In this document: positions 37,690 to 51,570 of the stretch, piece after piece | Layout: every line of letters starts with the position of its first letter | How positions within the stretch are numbered: the first letter of the stretch is position 1 | Assembly: GCF_036971445.1 (NCBI RefSeq) | Contig: NC_091471.1 | Coordinates: 297,476,001 to 297,540,000, forward strand | Length of the DNA: 64,000 bases | Reading direction: 5' to 3' | From: Narcine bancroftii | Lineage: Eukaryota | Made by a program: the position numbers and the translations under genes | Notes under the pieces: generated by a model | What the model saw: only the letters and a program-made list of their open reading frames with translations | Databases searched by the model: none | What the model was told of the DNA's origin: nothing

Positions 37690-38212
37690 TGTTATGAGCC
37701 CAGAAAACCCCAAAACCCAGCAGCAATAGATAGTCACCAAGACAAATGGTTAAACAAAAGTTGCTCTTAATTACCTTTAAACATGAAAACAGGATCAAAC
37801 GTTAACTTATTACTTTTAACTTAACTAACCTAACTTAGACTCCTAATTCTAAGCGCACGTATATGTAACATGTAAGTTCAGAAAAGTTCTTTGATTCACA
37901 GTCCAATCTCACTTCTCATTCCTCTAAGTTTACTGGTTACAGACAATTCTTATACTGTGCACAGAATTTAACATTTATGAAGTTCACCAGGCTTTGGTGC
38001 TTGAAAGGTAAATGGTTACCGCTCAGGAAGGTTTTTGTTGGTTTTCAGAGAGAGATTTGTTGTTCGCTGGACACCCACAACTGATTCCTTGTAACCAGCC
38101 ACTTCAGTGTCTTGCGAAAGAAATTGCCCTATCAGGGCTCTCCAGATGATAACCTCTTTCTTTCAGGTCACCACAGAGTTCCTTTTTGTTTCTCTTGTTT
38201 CAAGTGAAACAT
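37690..38212. mobile_element. LTR-like repeat fragment (starts tgttatgag), joined to an L1 fragment
   Basis: TG start and LTR-like composition; no matching CA end or TSD found. Confidence 0.4.
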
Positions 38213-38214
38213 TG

Positions 38215-38780
38215 GTTAGAAGTCAGTAATTTTGGAAAGAATTATTGAGTCAAGTTCCTACAAGATCCAATGTTATTTTTATTGAGTAATATTAAGGTTA
38301 TAAGACCCAAATTAAAATTAACAATGTATCAAATTGAATTTGTACAAATTGCTTTAGCACTTTCTAGGAAAAGTACGGCAATATCATGGAAGTCAGATTC
38401 AGATTTAGGTATGGATCTTCGTAGCTGTATACAACTTGAGAAGATTACTTACAGCTTACGAAACAAATATTATGTATTTTGGAAAATTTGGTGCCCATAT
38501 TTACAAAATCTAGGTTTGTATGTTTAATAGACTCTCTGAAGACCTCATTTCTTTGTAACCTTCAATATTAGACTTTATGATATAAATGCTCTATTCCCAT
38601 GGCATTCTCTGGTCCTTTTTCTGTTTCTCTTTTTTCTTTCTAGGGGTTTGGGAGGAGGGGGAGGAAGTGGGAGGTTAGAGTTTATATACCCACATGTATA
38701 ACTTTTTAAAATAACCTTTGAATTGAATGTAATGCAATTATTATTGTGGTTTAAAATTTGTAAATAAAATATTTTTAAAA
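38215..38780 (+). mobile_element. L1/Tx1-like 3' fragment
   Basis: IEFVQIALALSRKSTAISWKS..LEKITYSLRNKY.VFWKIWCPY; A-rich tail. Confidence 0.55.
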
Positions 38781-38882
38781 AATGCTTTAAGTTTACATTT
38801 CACTTTTGATGAGGATTTGAAAAATTACCATCTTCATGACCTGAGGGGGAATCCTTAACTACCTGGTACGGTTAGTGCGAAC

Positions 38883-39078
38883 GAGAGATTTGTTGTTCGC
38901 TGGACACCCACAACTGATTCCTTGTAACCAGCCACTTCAGTGTCTTGCGAAAGAAATTGCCCTATCAGGGCTCTCCAGATGATAACCTCTTTCTTTCAGG
39001 TCACCACAGAGTTCCTTTTTGTTTCTCTTGTTTCAAGTGAAACATTAGTTGGAAGTCGGTAATTTTGGAAAGAATTAT
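38883..39078 (+). repeat. 196-bp direct duplicate of 38050-38245, inserted in a SINE head
   Basis: Offset 833 bp, only about 3 mismatches. Confidence 0.93.
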
Positions 39079-40052
39079 CCGGTGCTGTCTATAAGGACTC
39101 CCTATGTCTGCATGGGTTTCCTCCCACAGGGGTTGTAGGTTAATTTGGGTGTAATTGGGCAGCATGAGCTTAAATGGCCAGAATCAGCTTCTACCGTGCT
39201 ATAAAATACCTCAATCATTTTTTTAAAAATTGAGCTTGTCACAAAGGTTCCAATATTCAAATGATCAAATCTAGTTCACACACAATTACAGATGATTCAT
39301 CTAATTTGTTAATATCACTTGTTCTTATTCACGTTTAATTGCTTATCTTTGCAAACCTGACAATATTTCCAATTACTATTTTAGCAACAAATACATTTGA
39401 CAGCAAATACCTCTTGCACTTGGGGAATTAAAAGTACGGTTTGGGAAAGGAATACAAGAGAGGTACAGAAACAGTTGAAGACACACATGTCAAATATGGT
39501 GTTAAAATACACGGAACACAGTCAGAGCAACCAACTGCAGTAACAGCAGTAGTTATGGAGAAAGATCAAAAGGTATGCTAAAAACTGTATTAAACATCGA
39601 CCAGTGAAAGTCAAATTGGGTGAAAAGTAGGATTATGAGCCAAGCTGGAGCTTGGGCAGCCTGTATAAACAGAAAATTAACATTAAGTAATCAAGAGATA
39701 ATAGGTAACCCTAATGGCAGGCAGGATGAAGCAGGGCTATTGTCTATCCTTGGAGATTGACATGGGGCAAAACATTCCAATGGTCAAACTTAATTGAAAA
39801 CAAGGAGTTAGATAATGGTGAGAAATGAACATTTTTTGTAGTTCAATTTTAAAAGTGGATCATATTTAGCCAACGGCAAAATAAACTGGAAACCAATCGA
39901 AATGAATTACTTAAAAGCTTATTTCTTTCTATTTGTTAGATAAGGTTTGCTTTCCAAAATGCTGTGGCAGATTTGAGAGTGTTTAAAAGTTTCTGACCAT
40001 CCACAAGGGTCAAGGTCCATTCTGTTCCATAAACGTAAATGCAATGACTTAC

Positions 40053-40155
40053 CCACTCTGGCAGAGTGACCTTCAAGTGTGGATAATTTCTTCCCTGCAG
40101 CTGCATCCCAAATTTGAACATATCCTTTGTGCGTTCCCACTGCTACCAAGTTTCC
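40053..40155 (-). CDS. FZR1: FZR1 coding exon 8
   Basis: GNLVAVGTHKGYVQIWDAAAGKKLSTLEGHSARV(G), 103 nt. Confidence 0.97.
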
Positions 40156-40755
40156 CTAGAGTAAATTAAAAATTAAGATTCCAAGAACTTCAGCATGACG
40201 AGAAAATGCAAAACCATTATTTGCCTTCTTTGACTGAATATTATTTCGTCCTTGATTATTTTAAAATAATCAAAATTCTTGCATGAAATTTACATTTATT
40301 TTGTCATTACACATTCATACTTTAGTTTAAAAAATTTTACCCAAATTGCATGCATCAAATATTCAAAAGCGACACAGCTCTTGTACCATAAAAAAAAACT
40401 CAAGCACTATTCAGTTAATGTTTGAATGCCTGCATCAGCGAGGTGTCCCAATGCTGACTGAAACAAAACAGTTGGCTAGGATACCACAAGAGCCTCCCTG
40501 CTCCTTTTGAGCAGGGCCAAGTGATCCCCCTTGCCTATGCACAGGATCCTGGAGTGGACCTTCATAAAATATAACTTGTGTAGGAATACAATGCATCTTA
40601 AAGTACATTGAGTAAATGAAAAACCATCTTTGATGTACATTTTCACAAATTAACAAATGATTCATAGGAAAACAGTAGTTAAACGGAAGATCATTTTAAA
40701 TAAAGTACAAATAAAATGTATACTTTATTTTTAAAACCATAAAACTGATATTTAC

Positions 40756-40821
40756 TCTCTCTGACCAGCCAACTGATGTCACAGAATCTCCATCTATAGA
40801 TAGGTCACACAGTCTGGTCAC
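40756..40821 (-). CDS. FZR1: FZR1 coding exon 7
   Basis: VTRLCDLSIDGDSVTSVGWSER, 66 nt. Confidence 0.96.
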
Positions 40822-41433
40822 CTAAAAAGGCACAAAGTTAATCTATAATTTGAGCAAACATCATTAAAAACTTAGTATGATACACATTTTCTGAAATTTA
40901 ACATGAAAAAATTAAATGTTTTCTAAAGCAGTTACTTTATGACACTGAACTTTAATACTCAAAACAATACTTAATTATAAAACAATGTATTTCACAATTA
41001 CTTTGCTTTGGTAGATTGAATAATTTGTTTCTTTTGATCAGGTTGATTGGCCTGTAAGACAATAACTTGCAGAGGAATGGGAATGTTTGAGAGCTGGCAC
41101 AGACTCAATGGGCCAAAGAGTCATCTATTTCTAACACATGGAAATGAGAATCTACGTCTCAACCCCACTAAGGTCATTTCCTTCATGCTCTCTCTCTATC
41201 CTGGCTGTGGAGGCCAAGTCACTGAGTCCATTTAAAGCAGAAGTTCATTGGTTCTTGATTAATAAGGATGTCAAATGATACAGGGTTTACATTTGTTTTG
41301 TTCTGAGAAAATATCATTGACATGAAATGTTAAATACGTCTCTACCCACAGATACCACCTAACCTGATGATTATTACCAGCATTCAAATCACATAATGCC
41401 CAAGCATGAGGGTATTGCATGCTGGAGGCTCAC

Positions 41434-41617
41434 CTGGCTTGTACAGGCACTCCAAAGATACACACAAGTGCCAAGTCCAACACTTAATACATTTAGGGAA
41501 GACCAGTCTACAAGATTCAAGTAAAAGTCATCCTGAAGTTCTGGGGCATCGAGAACTTTAAATGGAATCTTCGAGATTTTTCGAGTAGGTTTTCTTGGTG
41601 ACCGCAACAGTTTTTGA
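41434..41617 (-). CDS. FZR1: FZR1 coding exon 6
   Basis: QKLLRSPRKPTRKISKIPFKVLDAPELQDDFYLNLVDWSS...ACTSQ, 184 nt, KLLR motif. Confidence 0.97.
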
Positions 41618-43599
41618 CTGTTTAAGAAATAAATGTAAAAATTAAAAATTGAAAATAGCTGTTGTTAAATCTTATAAAGATTCATGTGCTGTGCCACCAG
41701 GGTTGAATTCTACCATTTAAAGAAGAAAGCATGCTAATTTTATTTTGACATACTGCATTGTAAAATGCCCTTTCAGCCGACCAGCCCATACAAATTAATC
41801 TACAATCCCTGTACGCTTTTGGATGGTAGGAGGAAACTGAGGACTCAGAAAACCCACATAGACATGGGGAGGACATACAAACTCCTCACAGACAGCACCA
41901 GATTCAACCCAGATCGTGGGTGCCATCTGTGAGGAGTAAGCTAACCATGCTGCAAATGTTATTTTGTTTTTATTTCATAATTATTAAAAAAACCCACTAA
42001 AATCGATGTAGAAAATGTTTTTATAGCTCATTTAAACCATATCAGCTAGTAATTCATTAATTTTGTAATAAAAATAGAACCCTAGAAATCCATCTAATTT
42101 AAGTTAGATTTTAAAACCACTGAGTATTTCCATCAGGAAGGGTGATCTTTAATAGAATACCTGTATGATGACAATCTATTTCATGGTAAAGTTGGACTAA
42201 TATTTCCCTATCCTAAGCCCAATGCAAAATACATCAAATGCCAAACTGGTTTATATTGTAGAATGAGCCTGGTCTGGTGATCAAGGTTCCAGTGGAGTGC
42301 ATTTTGGGAACGGTGGGCAAATGTTTTAATATAGCTGTGGATAAAGATGTGACTGGTCTTTAGGTCAAAATGCAACATAGGGGTCGGCTAATTACAGCAG
42401 TATTTAGGCAGGAACTGTGCACTGCTATAAGAGGCAAATCCAGACCAGACACACGAGTCTTTTAAAGGTCAGTTGATAAACATGTTCCTGTAAGGATGAA
42501 AGACAAGAATGGCAAGATTCAAGAACCTTGGAAGACAAAATATATTGCAAGTTTAGCCAAAAGCAGAAGGTTAGGAAGCTGAAATCAGACAAAGCAACAT
42601 CTTTCAGCAACTCCTGCTGGGAAAGAGATACAGGAGTATCAGAGCCAGAACCACCAGGCTGAGAAACAGCTTTTCTCACAGGCAGTGAGACTGCTGAATG
42701 ACAAAGAATTTCTCATACAAAACCTCTGAGACTCTAAATTTATAACAATATTTTTATACATGAATATACTCACTGAATATTTATTGTTGTCTGTATGTGT
42801 TTTATGTCTGCATGCGTGTTTGCACGTTTCTGCACCAAGGATCGGAGAACACTAGTTGGTTTGTACAATTGGATAATAATAATCATGGATACTTGAAAAT
42901 ATAAAGGATCAACAAATTAAGAATGCTAAAAGGGGCCGTGAAATATCCCTGGCAAGTTGGATTAAAGGGAAGCTCAAGGTTTTTTATTCCTATATTTGTG
43001 CAAGAAGGTCCACCCACGGAGGGCATTTAGGTATGGAGCCAAAGGTTAATGGGTGACTACTTCATATCAGCATTCACCACGAAGAGGGTACAGATGATGG
43101 TGAGATCAAAGAAAATGCTCATACTAACCATCAGAGCCTCATATTCATGAAACAATATTTATTTGTATAGTTGAAATACTTGTCCTGCATATGTATTATT
43201 TGTCTGTATGGGTGCCTGTGTGTTTTTGCACAGAGGACCCGAGCGAGCACACCATTTCATTGGGTTGTATTGGTTCAATCAGATGACAATAAACTTGACA
43301 TCAGCAGGGTTACGTTGATATTCTATGGCATCTCAATATTAAGGAAGAGGTGTCGAGCAACTTGAAAAATTAACATTGAAACATCCAAGTTTTATTAAGG
43401 TCAGAAACCTCCATCCTCGAGAGTAACACAAATTATAACACTTACTATTGTCTGTCATTTAATAGAATAATCACCCAAACACTATTCATAACTAATGAAA
43501 TTTATAGAGTATCCAGTCATTGATCAATATCAGGAAACATTATAATTACAAGTTTAAAAATGGGCAATTTTACCTATTTCTGCAAGACATGTTATTTGT

Positions 43600-44240
43600 A
43601 ATGCAGGGAGCCTATATTCAAATGCATTGGGATGAAAATGCAGTGGTCTGATTTATAAGATGGAGCAGTGGATAATGAGAAAAATTACCAAAGGATACAG
43701 AATATAGAACTGTTGGAAACATGATTAGAGAAATGTCAGATGGAATTTAATCCAGCCAAATATGAGGTGATTCATTCCATGTCAAATGTAAGAGAAAAAC
43801 AGTAGGAACCCAAAGAACACTTGATGAATAGAGTAATCTTGGTGTGCAAGTCCTGAAAGTGGCTAGGGTGGCACAGAAGGCATGAATCATGTTTGCCTTC
43901 AATAAGGGCATATATTAAAACCATGCTGCAATTGTCTAAAAGGTTGATCAGGTCTCATTTGGAGTATTTGGACAGGAAGATTGCAGAGGATTTGGAGAGG
44001 GTGAACAGGAGCAACCAGGGTACTGCCTGGATTGGACTGCATCAGCTACAAAGAGAGGTTAAGCAAATTTGGATATTTTCTGTAGAGCATAAGAAGCTGA
44101 AGGGGTAATCTGGTAGAGGTATAGAAAATGAAGAGATGCATAGACAGTAGGGAGTCTTTTTCCAAGAGTAGAGATATCAGTACTGCAAAGCATAGCATTA
44201 GGGTATGAAGGCGAAACATTCAAAGGAGACATGCAAGGTC
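43600..44240 (+). mobile_element. Highly decayed CR1 3' fragment
   Basis: QMEFNPAKYEVIH, RSHLEY, SVEHKKLKG.LVEV. Confidence 0.55.
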
Positions 44241-45144
44241 TCCTTTGCCCAGGCTGGAAAGCATGATGACAATCAATTTTATATTGTTCTTCCACCTGCA
44301 GAGCAGTGTAAATGTGTCACAAAGTCGCATCATGGTGTTAACAATGGCAGAATTAAGACCTAATTTTTTTGAATTGATGCATTGGAAAATTAGAATTAAG
44401 CTACAGATGCATCACTCAAACAAGGAATGAATTTAGGGCATTGCACACAAATTTTTAAATTTAAATTTTGACATACTGAACAGCAAAAGGTTCTTCCAGT
44501 CCACAAGCCCATGTCACCTAATTACACCCAATTAACATACAACCCCCGTACGTTTTGAAGGGTGGGAGGAAATCTACAGACACGAGATAAATGTACAAAC
44601 TCCTCAGTGCCAAATTTGAACATGGGTCGATAGTGCTTTGACAGCGTTGCACTAACTGTTCCACTCCTGTTCAATATCTTAAGAACTGTACTTACAAGAT
44701 GAAAATCCGAGTGGTTTCAAAATCTAAACTGAATTAAGTGGATTTCAAGCATTTATTTAAAAATAAATCATCAATGAATTTATTGCTTATGCCATCCAAA
44801 GGATTGATTCTTTCCAAATCTCAGATCAAAGAACCAATCAAGGGACACTCTGAAGAAAAGCAATTCAAAGCACAAGGATGGTTCACATTCATTTTGAGTT
44901 CTACACAAATTTTTTATTACTTGTTGAAGTGAATTTAGCAATTCTAAATGAGATTTAAAATAAAAGTCAACAAAAGGTTCTATTGTGTTAAAGCTAAACA
45001 AAAAGTCAAGGATTTTTTGAACCAGTTTTCCATAACTGCATTTAAAAGGTTTTCAAAATGGAGAACTTGAATGTAAACGATACAAGTACAGAGCCACTAT
45101 ATAATGTCAAAGAAGTCATTACAAAATGGCATAATCTAGGTTAC

Positions 45145-45227
45145 CTTTTATTGCTAACTGGAGATAAGGAATATGGAGAAATATCATTTCCATCATCAGG
45201 ACTTGCATGCTTCGAGGTGAGAGAGTA
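45145..45227 (-). CDS. FZR1: FZR1 coding exon 5
   Basis: YSLTSKHASPDDGNDISPYSLSPVSNK(S), 83 nt, CDK SP sites. Confidence 0.96.
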
Positions 45228-46101
45228 CTAGAAAATAAAACAATTGGAAGACAATTCTGATTAAAGACAATAAAATAATGCATTTGAATCCTGCATTAAC
45301 ACTCAGTTCAGTTCTTTCTAAATAATTCCCGAAGGAGACCTCAAAAATTATTAACTGGGTTTCTTGGTGAGATCAGATTACAGTCAGTTAAAAGAATATT
45401 TCGAGCAAGAATCAATTTGCTGAAACTCAGTGGGTCAGCAGCTTCAGTGGGAGAAAAAAATGTTTCAGGTCTGAATCCTTCATCAAGACTGGATCATTAT
45501 TTATTTAAAAAAAACATTCAGTTCATAGAACTTTAGATCAGGTAATTACAATTATGAATTTCCTGGCTGGAAGAATAGATTCAGATTCAATGTACCTTTC
45601 TCAAGGGTCAGCACATAAATGAGAAAACAAAGGACAACAGACCCCATGGATCCAGGGATAACATTTGGACAGGATGTTAATCCAAGCCCTACAGTATATT
45701 GTGGCTGACAGCAGCCAACACTCACTCTTTTGCCTGGATGCCAAAATGCAAGATCAGACTCTATCCAATAGTAATTCTGCTCAAACTTCAGAGTAAGGGG
45801 TTAAGTTTTGGTGCACACTCATCCTTCCGGTGACGCAGCTTGCTCTAACTTCTCAATTACAAACAAAAAGCTATTCTTGCACACTAATTAATGCTAAATT
45901 TGGTCTGTAATGACCTAACCAGATTTGTGCTTTCAAACTAAGCAAACAAGTATTTATGCACTTTGGCAATGGTTTATGAAATCATTCCTCATCTGTCTTT
46001 AAATCTTACCTAACACTTTCAGTCCTTTTTAATGGGACAATGAAATTACCTTCAAGAGTATGCATGTGAATGTTATGTTTTGTGGTATTGACAGATTATA
46101 C

Positions 46102-46229
46102 CTTAAATAAACTTTTCTTTTCAGGTGTTGATGGCTGTAATCTCCTATCCTCAGTCTGAGGGTCCTGAACCTTTTCAATCCCTGCTCCAAGAAGCTCATT
46201 TCTAAGTAATGCAGAATAAGCAAGTCCAT
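46102..46229 (-). CDS. FZR1: FZR1 coding exon 4
   Basis: (D)GLAYSALLRNELLGAGIEKVQDPQTEDRRLQPSTPEKKSLFK, 128 nt. Confidence 0.97.
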
Positions 46230-46409
46230 CTATAAATAAAACATTCAGAGAAAGTTTACAAATTTAAAGATTACATGAAAAACTGTCATAATGTTGAGCA
46301 ATGAAAAACAATCTATCTTTGGCAGTTTCTGTCATAGAATAGGTTTTAGAAACTAGAAACTGAAACATTACTTCTAAATGCTGGAGTCATCTTCTGATGT
46401 AGCATGCTA

Positions 46410-46830
46410 TTGTTCAAAGTACAGATTTATTGTCAGAGTACGCACAGTACATGACATCACATATAACCCCAAGATTTATTTTTCCTGCAGGCCAGGCAGA
46501 ATTTCTACTTCATTAGTAGTGCAAAAAAAAAAACTGTACTTAGGCAAAGTAAAATTCTTAAACGAGTTTCTGATTGAGTTTGTTGCTTAGGAATATAATG
46601 GTGGAGGAGTAGCAACAGTTCCTGAACCTGGTGGTACAGATCCTGTGGCACTTATACCTCTTTGCTGATGGTAGCAGCAAGAACAGAGTGTGTGTTGGGT
46701 GGAGTGGATCTTTGATTGCTGTTGCTCTCTGACAGCAGCGTTCCATGTAGATTTTCTTGATGGTGGGGAGAGTTTTGCCTGTGATTTACTGGGCTGTGTC
46801 CACTACCTTTTGCATGGCTTTATGCTCAGA
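46410..46830 (-). mobile_element. Rex1/Babar 3' fragment
   Basis: AIKDPLHPTHTLFLLLPSAKRYKCHRICTTRFRNCCY. Confidence 0.75.
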
Positions 46831-48206
46831 TATTATTTTGGTACCTACTACCAGAAAGCCCACAACTTACGAACACAAGAACATTAGGAGAACCAGCATA
46901 GACCATTTGTGCCTTCACACCTGATCTGTCATACAAGGACGATCAAAGGTGATCCTTTACTTCTGCATAATGTTTCAATATCACTCCCAAATCCCTCAAT
47001 TCTCCATGTATCCAAAAATCCATTGCACTTGATCTTGAACATACACACCTTGCATACCCATCAGGTTTTCTGAATTTATACCCTTTGACTTCTGATCTGT
47101 CCTGAATGGCTGAACCCTTATCGAGTAACAAACCAGAAGGCCTCAATAAGTAGGCCATTGTGACTAATCCAATACTGTTCAAGTACTCTTTCTTCACAAC
47201 CTTTGACTCACTGAAATCTCAGTCGCAGACTTAAATATACACACAGGCTTGTCTCCATAGCTCCACGAGACAAGGTATTGGAAAACTCACAACCCTCCAG
47301 GATAGATTCAAGCTCATCTCAGTCTTAAATAGATGTGCCCTTATTTAGAAACTATGGCTTTAGTTCTGTAATCCACCACAAGGAAACATCCTCTTAGCAT
47401 TTACTCATTTCAACCCTTCAAGAACCTAATGTGCTTCAGTGAGATTCTCTCTCATTTGTCTAAACTCAGTACTCACAGCCTGGTTGGCTTCACATAATAG
47501 CACAATCCAGTCAGATCTGGTGACCCTTTCCTCAATTGTCTCCAATTAAATAATATCTTTCTGGTAGTACTCTAAACAAGGTCTACGAGTAACAAGATGT
47601 TAGGCCACGTACACTTACTGAACCAGTCAAGACAAAAGAAATGTCAGTGAATGTGTCTGACCTATTCAAAAACTATGAAAAAGTAAACAAGACCTTTAAA
47701 TATTGTGAAAAATTCAAAGCTACCCAAGTTTTATCTTTCTCTCTCCTGGCCATACTTTCTCAATGAAACAAAGGAGTCATCAAATTTACAAAAGATCCAA
47801 TCTGATGCAGATTAAATGTATTAGTATAACCACTGGAAAAGAGGCAGTTTGCCCTTTCCTGCTAGAAAATCATGATTTGAACCATGGTTACCATCAGCTG
47901 CAAGGTTTAGGGTGAACATGTCTGCTTGAGTGCATGTATGAAATTTCCTCAGCTTGCAGAGACAAATTCACACAACTCAATGCAGAATTGGCAGATTTTA
48001 TACAAATATTCAATTTGATTATTTTGTCTTAATTTCCCCTCTTGGCAAAACAAATGAATTCCCCTGCAATGTTTTACCGTTATTAGGCTTTTTAAAAATA
48101 TCTGCATATAATCTGAAAAGGCCCTAAATATGCATATTCTATAAAAGTACATTGAATTTCAAGAATGAGAAAAAAATTAAAATAACTAAAAATGTATATA
48201 TTAAAC

Positions 48207-48270
48207 CTTTTCCAGTGTCAGAGGTTACATCTTTTGCTTTTCTGTTTTGGCTGGGTGACTTTTCATTTTC
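48207..48270 (-). CDS. FZR1: FZR1 coding exon 3
   Basis: ENEKSPSQNRKAKDVTSDTGK(D), 64 nt. Confidence 0.96.
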
Positions 48271-48349
48271 CTGAAACAGACAAAAATCAGAATACATTTT
48301 CAAATACATGTGTTCATTGCTCAGCTTTACACAGATCTTTAAACAACAT

Positions 48350-48590
48350 TGGGGCAGCAGGGCTGTCATAGTGCTTGCAATATTATTACAGCGCCAGGGA
48401 CCAGGATTCGAATCTGGCACTGTCTAAGGAGTTTTAATGTTCTCCCCACGTCTATTTGGGTTTCCTCTGGGTACACCAGTTTCCTCCCATCCTACAAAAC
48501 ATTTGGGAGCTGTAGATTAATTTAGTGTATTCGGGCAGCATTGGTTCAAGTGCCGGAATGGCCTATAACAGTGCCATATGTCTAAATTTA
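48350..48590 (+). mobile_element. V-SINE-like SINE with tRNA-like head
   Basis: B-box-like ggattcgaatct; core gggtttcctctgggtacaccagtttcctccca. Confidence 0.7.
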
Positions 48591-49180
48591 AATAAATCCT
48601 CTGAGAAATGGCCCTCCAATCTATTCATAAATGGTGATATCCAATATATGTAGATTAGTGTGGGCATTTTTGGTACACACTACTCAATAGTTTAAACAAT
48701 TGGCCCTATGATGTACAACTCAAAGTCACTCAATACTCATTGGGAGGTAAAAATGAACTAAAAAGATTTGCTATGACCAAACTCTTATGTAACAAGTGAC
48801 TTTCAACTTAAACAAAATAGTCCACATCCAATGAAGATTTTATTTAAAAAAAAATCAAAATCTAAGATAATTTCTTAAGTATTAAATCCTATGGGGGGTG
48901 GGGGGGGAAAACGGAAAGAGCTTGAACTTTGCAAAACACTTTGCATAGAATTGATAATTATAAATTGTAGTCAACACAGATTATGTTAACATTGACAATG
49001 ATAATGTTGATAACTGAGTTTAAGTTTGGAAAATCGTAAATAAAATATACAAAAAAATTAAGATCATTTGGTTCTTAATACACACAAGTTTTACCCAAAA
49101 TTATCTGGGTGGCGTGTTCTGGAAAGGCTTGTATCACCAAATTTAAAAAAGTAAAACAAATGATTTTGAAAACAACATAC

Positions 49181-49306
49181 ATTTATTCTGTGGAAGTTTA
49201 TACTCCAGTTTGCTGATGCTCTTGATGGAATAAATCGGTCGCCACTTTTACTTGGTGATGACACTGGTGAATTGGAAGGTGTTAACGTTCTCCTAACGTC
49301 TGATAG
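49181..49306 (-). CDS. FZR1: FZR1 coding exon 2
   Basis: LSDVRRTLTPSNSPVSSPSKSGDRFIPSRASANWSINFHRIN, 126 nt, C-box DRFIPSR. Confidence 0.97.
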
Positions 49307-49574
49307 CTACACAAGATCCAAAGAGAATTATATTAAGTTCAAATTAAATTGGCAATTAATAAAAGACTACAATTCAGATTTCCAAGTTTCTTAATTTTCA
49401 ACTTGTTTTCTAAAACTATAAAAATAAATGCAATTTAAAAATTCATGGAAACACACAATAGCCTAACCCTTCTGTTAAGAAAAAACAGGTTAATTTTCGA
49501 GGCATGTTGCAAATGAGAACGAGACCCTTTTAGCCTGTATACATTTTCCTTTAATCGATAGGAACAGATTTAGA

Positions 49575-51570
49575 AATATAACCATATAACCACTTACAGC
49601 ACAGAACAGGCCAGTTCGGCCCTACTAGTCCATGCCGTAGCAAATCCCCACCCTCCTAGTCCCACTGACCAGCACCTGGTCCATACCCCTCTAGTCCCCT
49701 CCTATCCATGTAACGATCCATTCTTTCCTTAAATGTAACCAATGATCCCGCCTCGACCACGTCTGCCGGAAGCTCATTCCACATCCCCACCACCCTCTGC
49801 GTAAACAAATTTCCCCTCATGTTCCCCTTATAATTTTCCCCCTTCAATCTTAAACCATGTCCTCTAGTTTGAATCTCCCCCTTTCTTAATTGAAAAAGCC
49901 TATCCACATTTACTCTGTCTGTCCCTTTTAAAATCTTAAACACCTCTATCAAGCCCCCCCCTCAATCTTCTACGCTCCAGAGAAAAAAGCTCCAGTCTGC
50001 ACAACCTTTCCCTGTTACTCAGACCCTGAAATCCTGTCAACATTCTCATGAACCTTCTCTGCACTCTTTCTATTTTGTTTATATCTTTCCTATAATTTGG
50101 TGACCAAAACTGTACACAGTACTCCAAATTTGGCCTCACCAATGCCTTGTACAATTTCATCATAATCTCCCTACTCTTGAATTCAATACTCCGATTTATG
50201 AAGGCTAACATTCCAAATGCCTTCTTCACCACACCATCTACCTGAGTATCAGCCTTGAGGGTACTATTTACCATAACTCCTAAATCCCTTTGTTGCTCAA
50301 TTGTCTACCATTCAATGTATATGACCTATTTAAATTTCCCTTTCCAAAATGTAGCACCTCACATTTATCTGTATTAAATTCCATCAGCCATTTCTCAGCC
50401 CACACCTCCAGTCTTCCTAAATCACCTTTTAATCTACAGTAATCTACCTCACTGTCCACAACACCACCAATCTTTGTGTCATCCGCAAACTTGCTTATCC
50501 AATTCTCCACCCCTACATCTAGATCATTAATATATATAACAAATAATAGTGGACCCAGGACCAAACCCTGAGGAACTCCACTAGTCACCGGCCTCCAATT
50601 GGACAAACAATTTTCTACCACTACTCTCTGACACCTCCCATCCAACCACTGCTGAATCCATTTCACTACCTCTTTATTTATACCTAATGCCTCCACCTTT
50701 TTTCCTAACCTCCTGTGGGGAACTTTGTCAAAAGCTTTACTAAAGTCCAAATAGACAACATCCACAGCTTTCCCTTCATCAACCTTTTTTGTAACCCCCT
50801 CGAAGAACTCAATCAGGTTTGTCAAGCATGATCTACCCCTGACAAAACCATGCTGATTACTCCCTATCAATCCCTGTACCTCCAAAAATTTGTAAATAGC
50901 ACCCCTCAGAACACTTTCCATCAACTTGCCCACCACAGACGTCAGACTTACAGGCCTATAATTCCCAGGTTTGCATTTGGACCCTTTCTTAAACAGAGGA
51001 ACCACATGCGCCACCCTCCAATCCTTTGGCACCACCCCCGTGGCCAGTGACATCCTAAATATCTCTGTTAATGGCCCCACTAACTGTCCACTAGCCTCCC
51101 TGAGTGTCCTAGGGAATATTTTGTCCGGTCCGGGAGATTTATCCACCTTTATCTTTTTTAACACAGCCATCACTACCTCCTCGGTTATCCTTATATGCTT
51201 CATGACCTCCCCACTATTTTTCTTTACTTCAACTGGTTCAACATTTTTTTCCCTAGTGAATACCGAGGCAAAGAAATCATTCAAAATTTCCCCCATTTCC
51301 TCAGACTTCTCACTCAGCCTACCCTCGCTATCTACAAGGGGTCCAATTTTATCTCTCACTAATCTTTTACTTTTAATGTACTTATAGAAACCCTTTGGAT
51401 TTATTTTTACTCTGTCAGCCAAAGCCTCTTCATGCCTTTTTTTGGCCTTTCTAATTTCTTTCTTAAGATTCCTTCTACACTCCTTGTAGTCCTCCTTCAA
51501 CTTCTCAGCTTCCTGGTCTTTATCTTGTACAACTCCCTTTTTCTCCTAACCAAATTTCCAATATTCCACT
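49575..51570 (-). mobile_element. Young 5'-truncated CR1 LINE (RT domain open over 406 aa), sense to FZR1
   Basis: ORF 50280-51500 with PGNYRPVSL, QHGF, DFSKAFD, GVPQG, FADD; continues in 49936-50274 and 49656-49952; (tatggtta)n tail. Confidence 0.95.

Noticed and set aside
48350-48430. tRNA gene
   Set aside because: The B-box-like head runs into the SINE core; no cloverleaf
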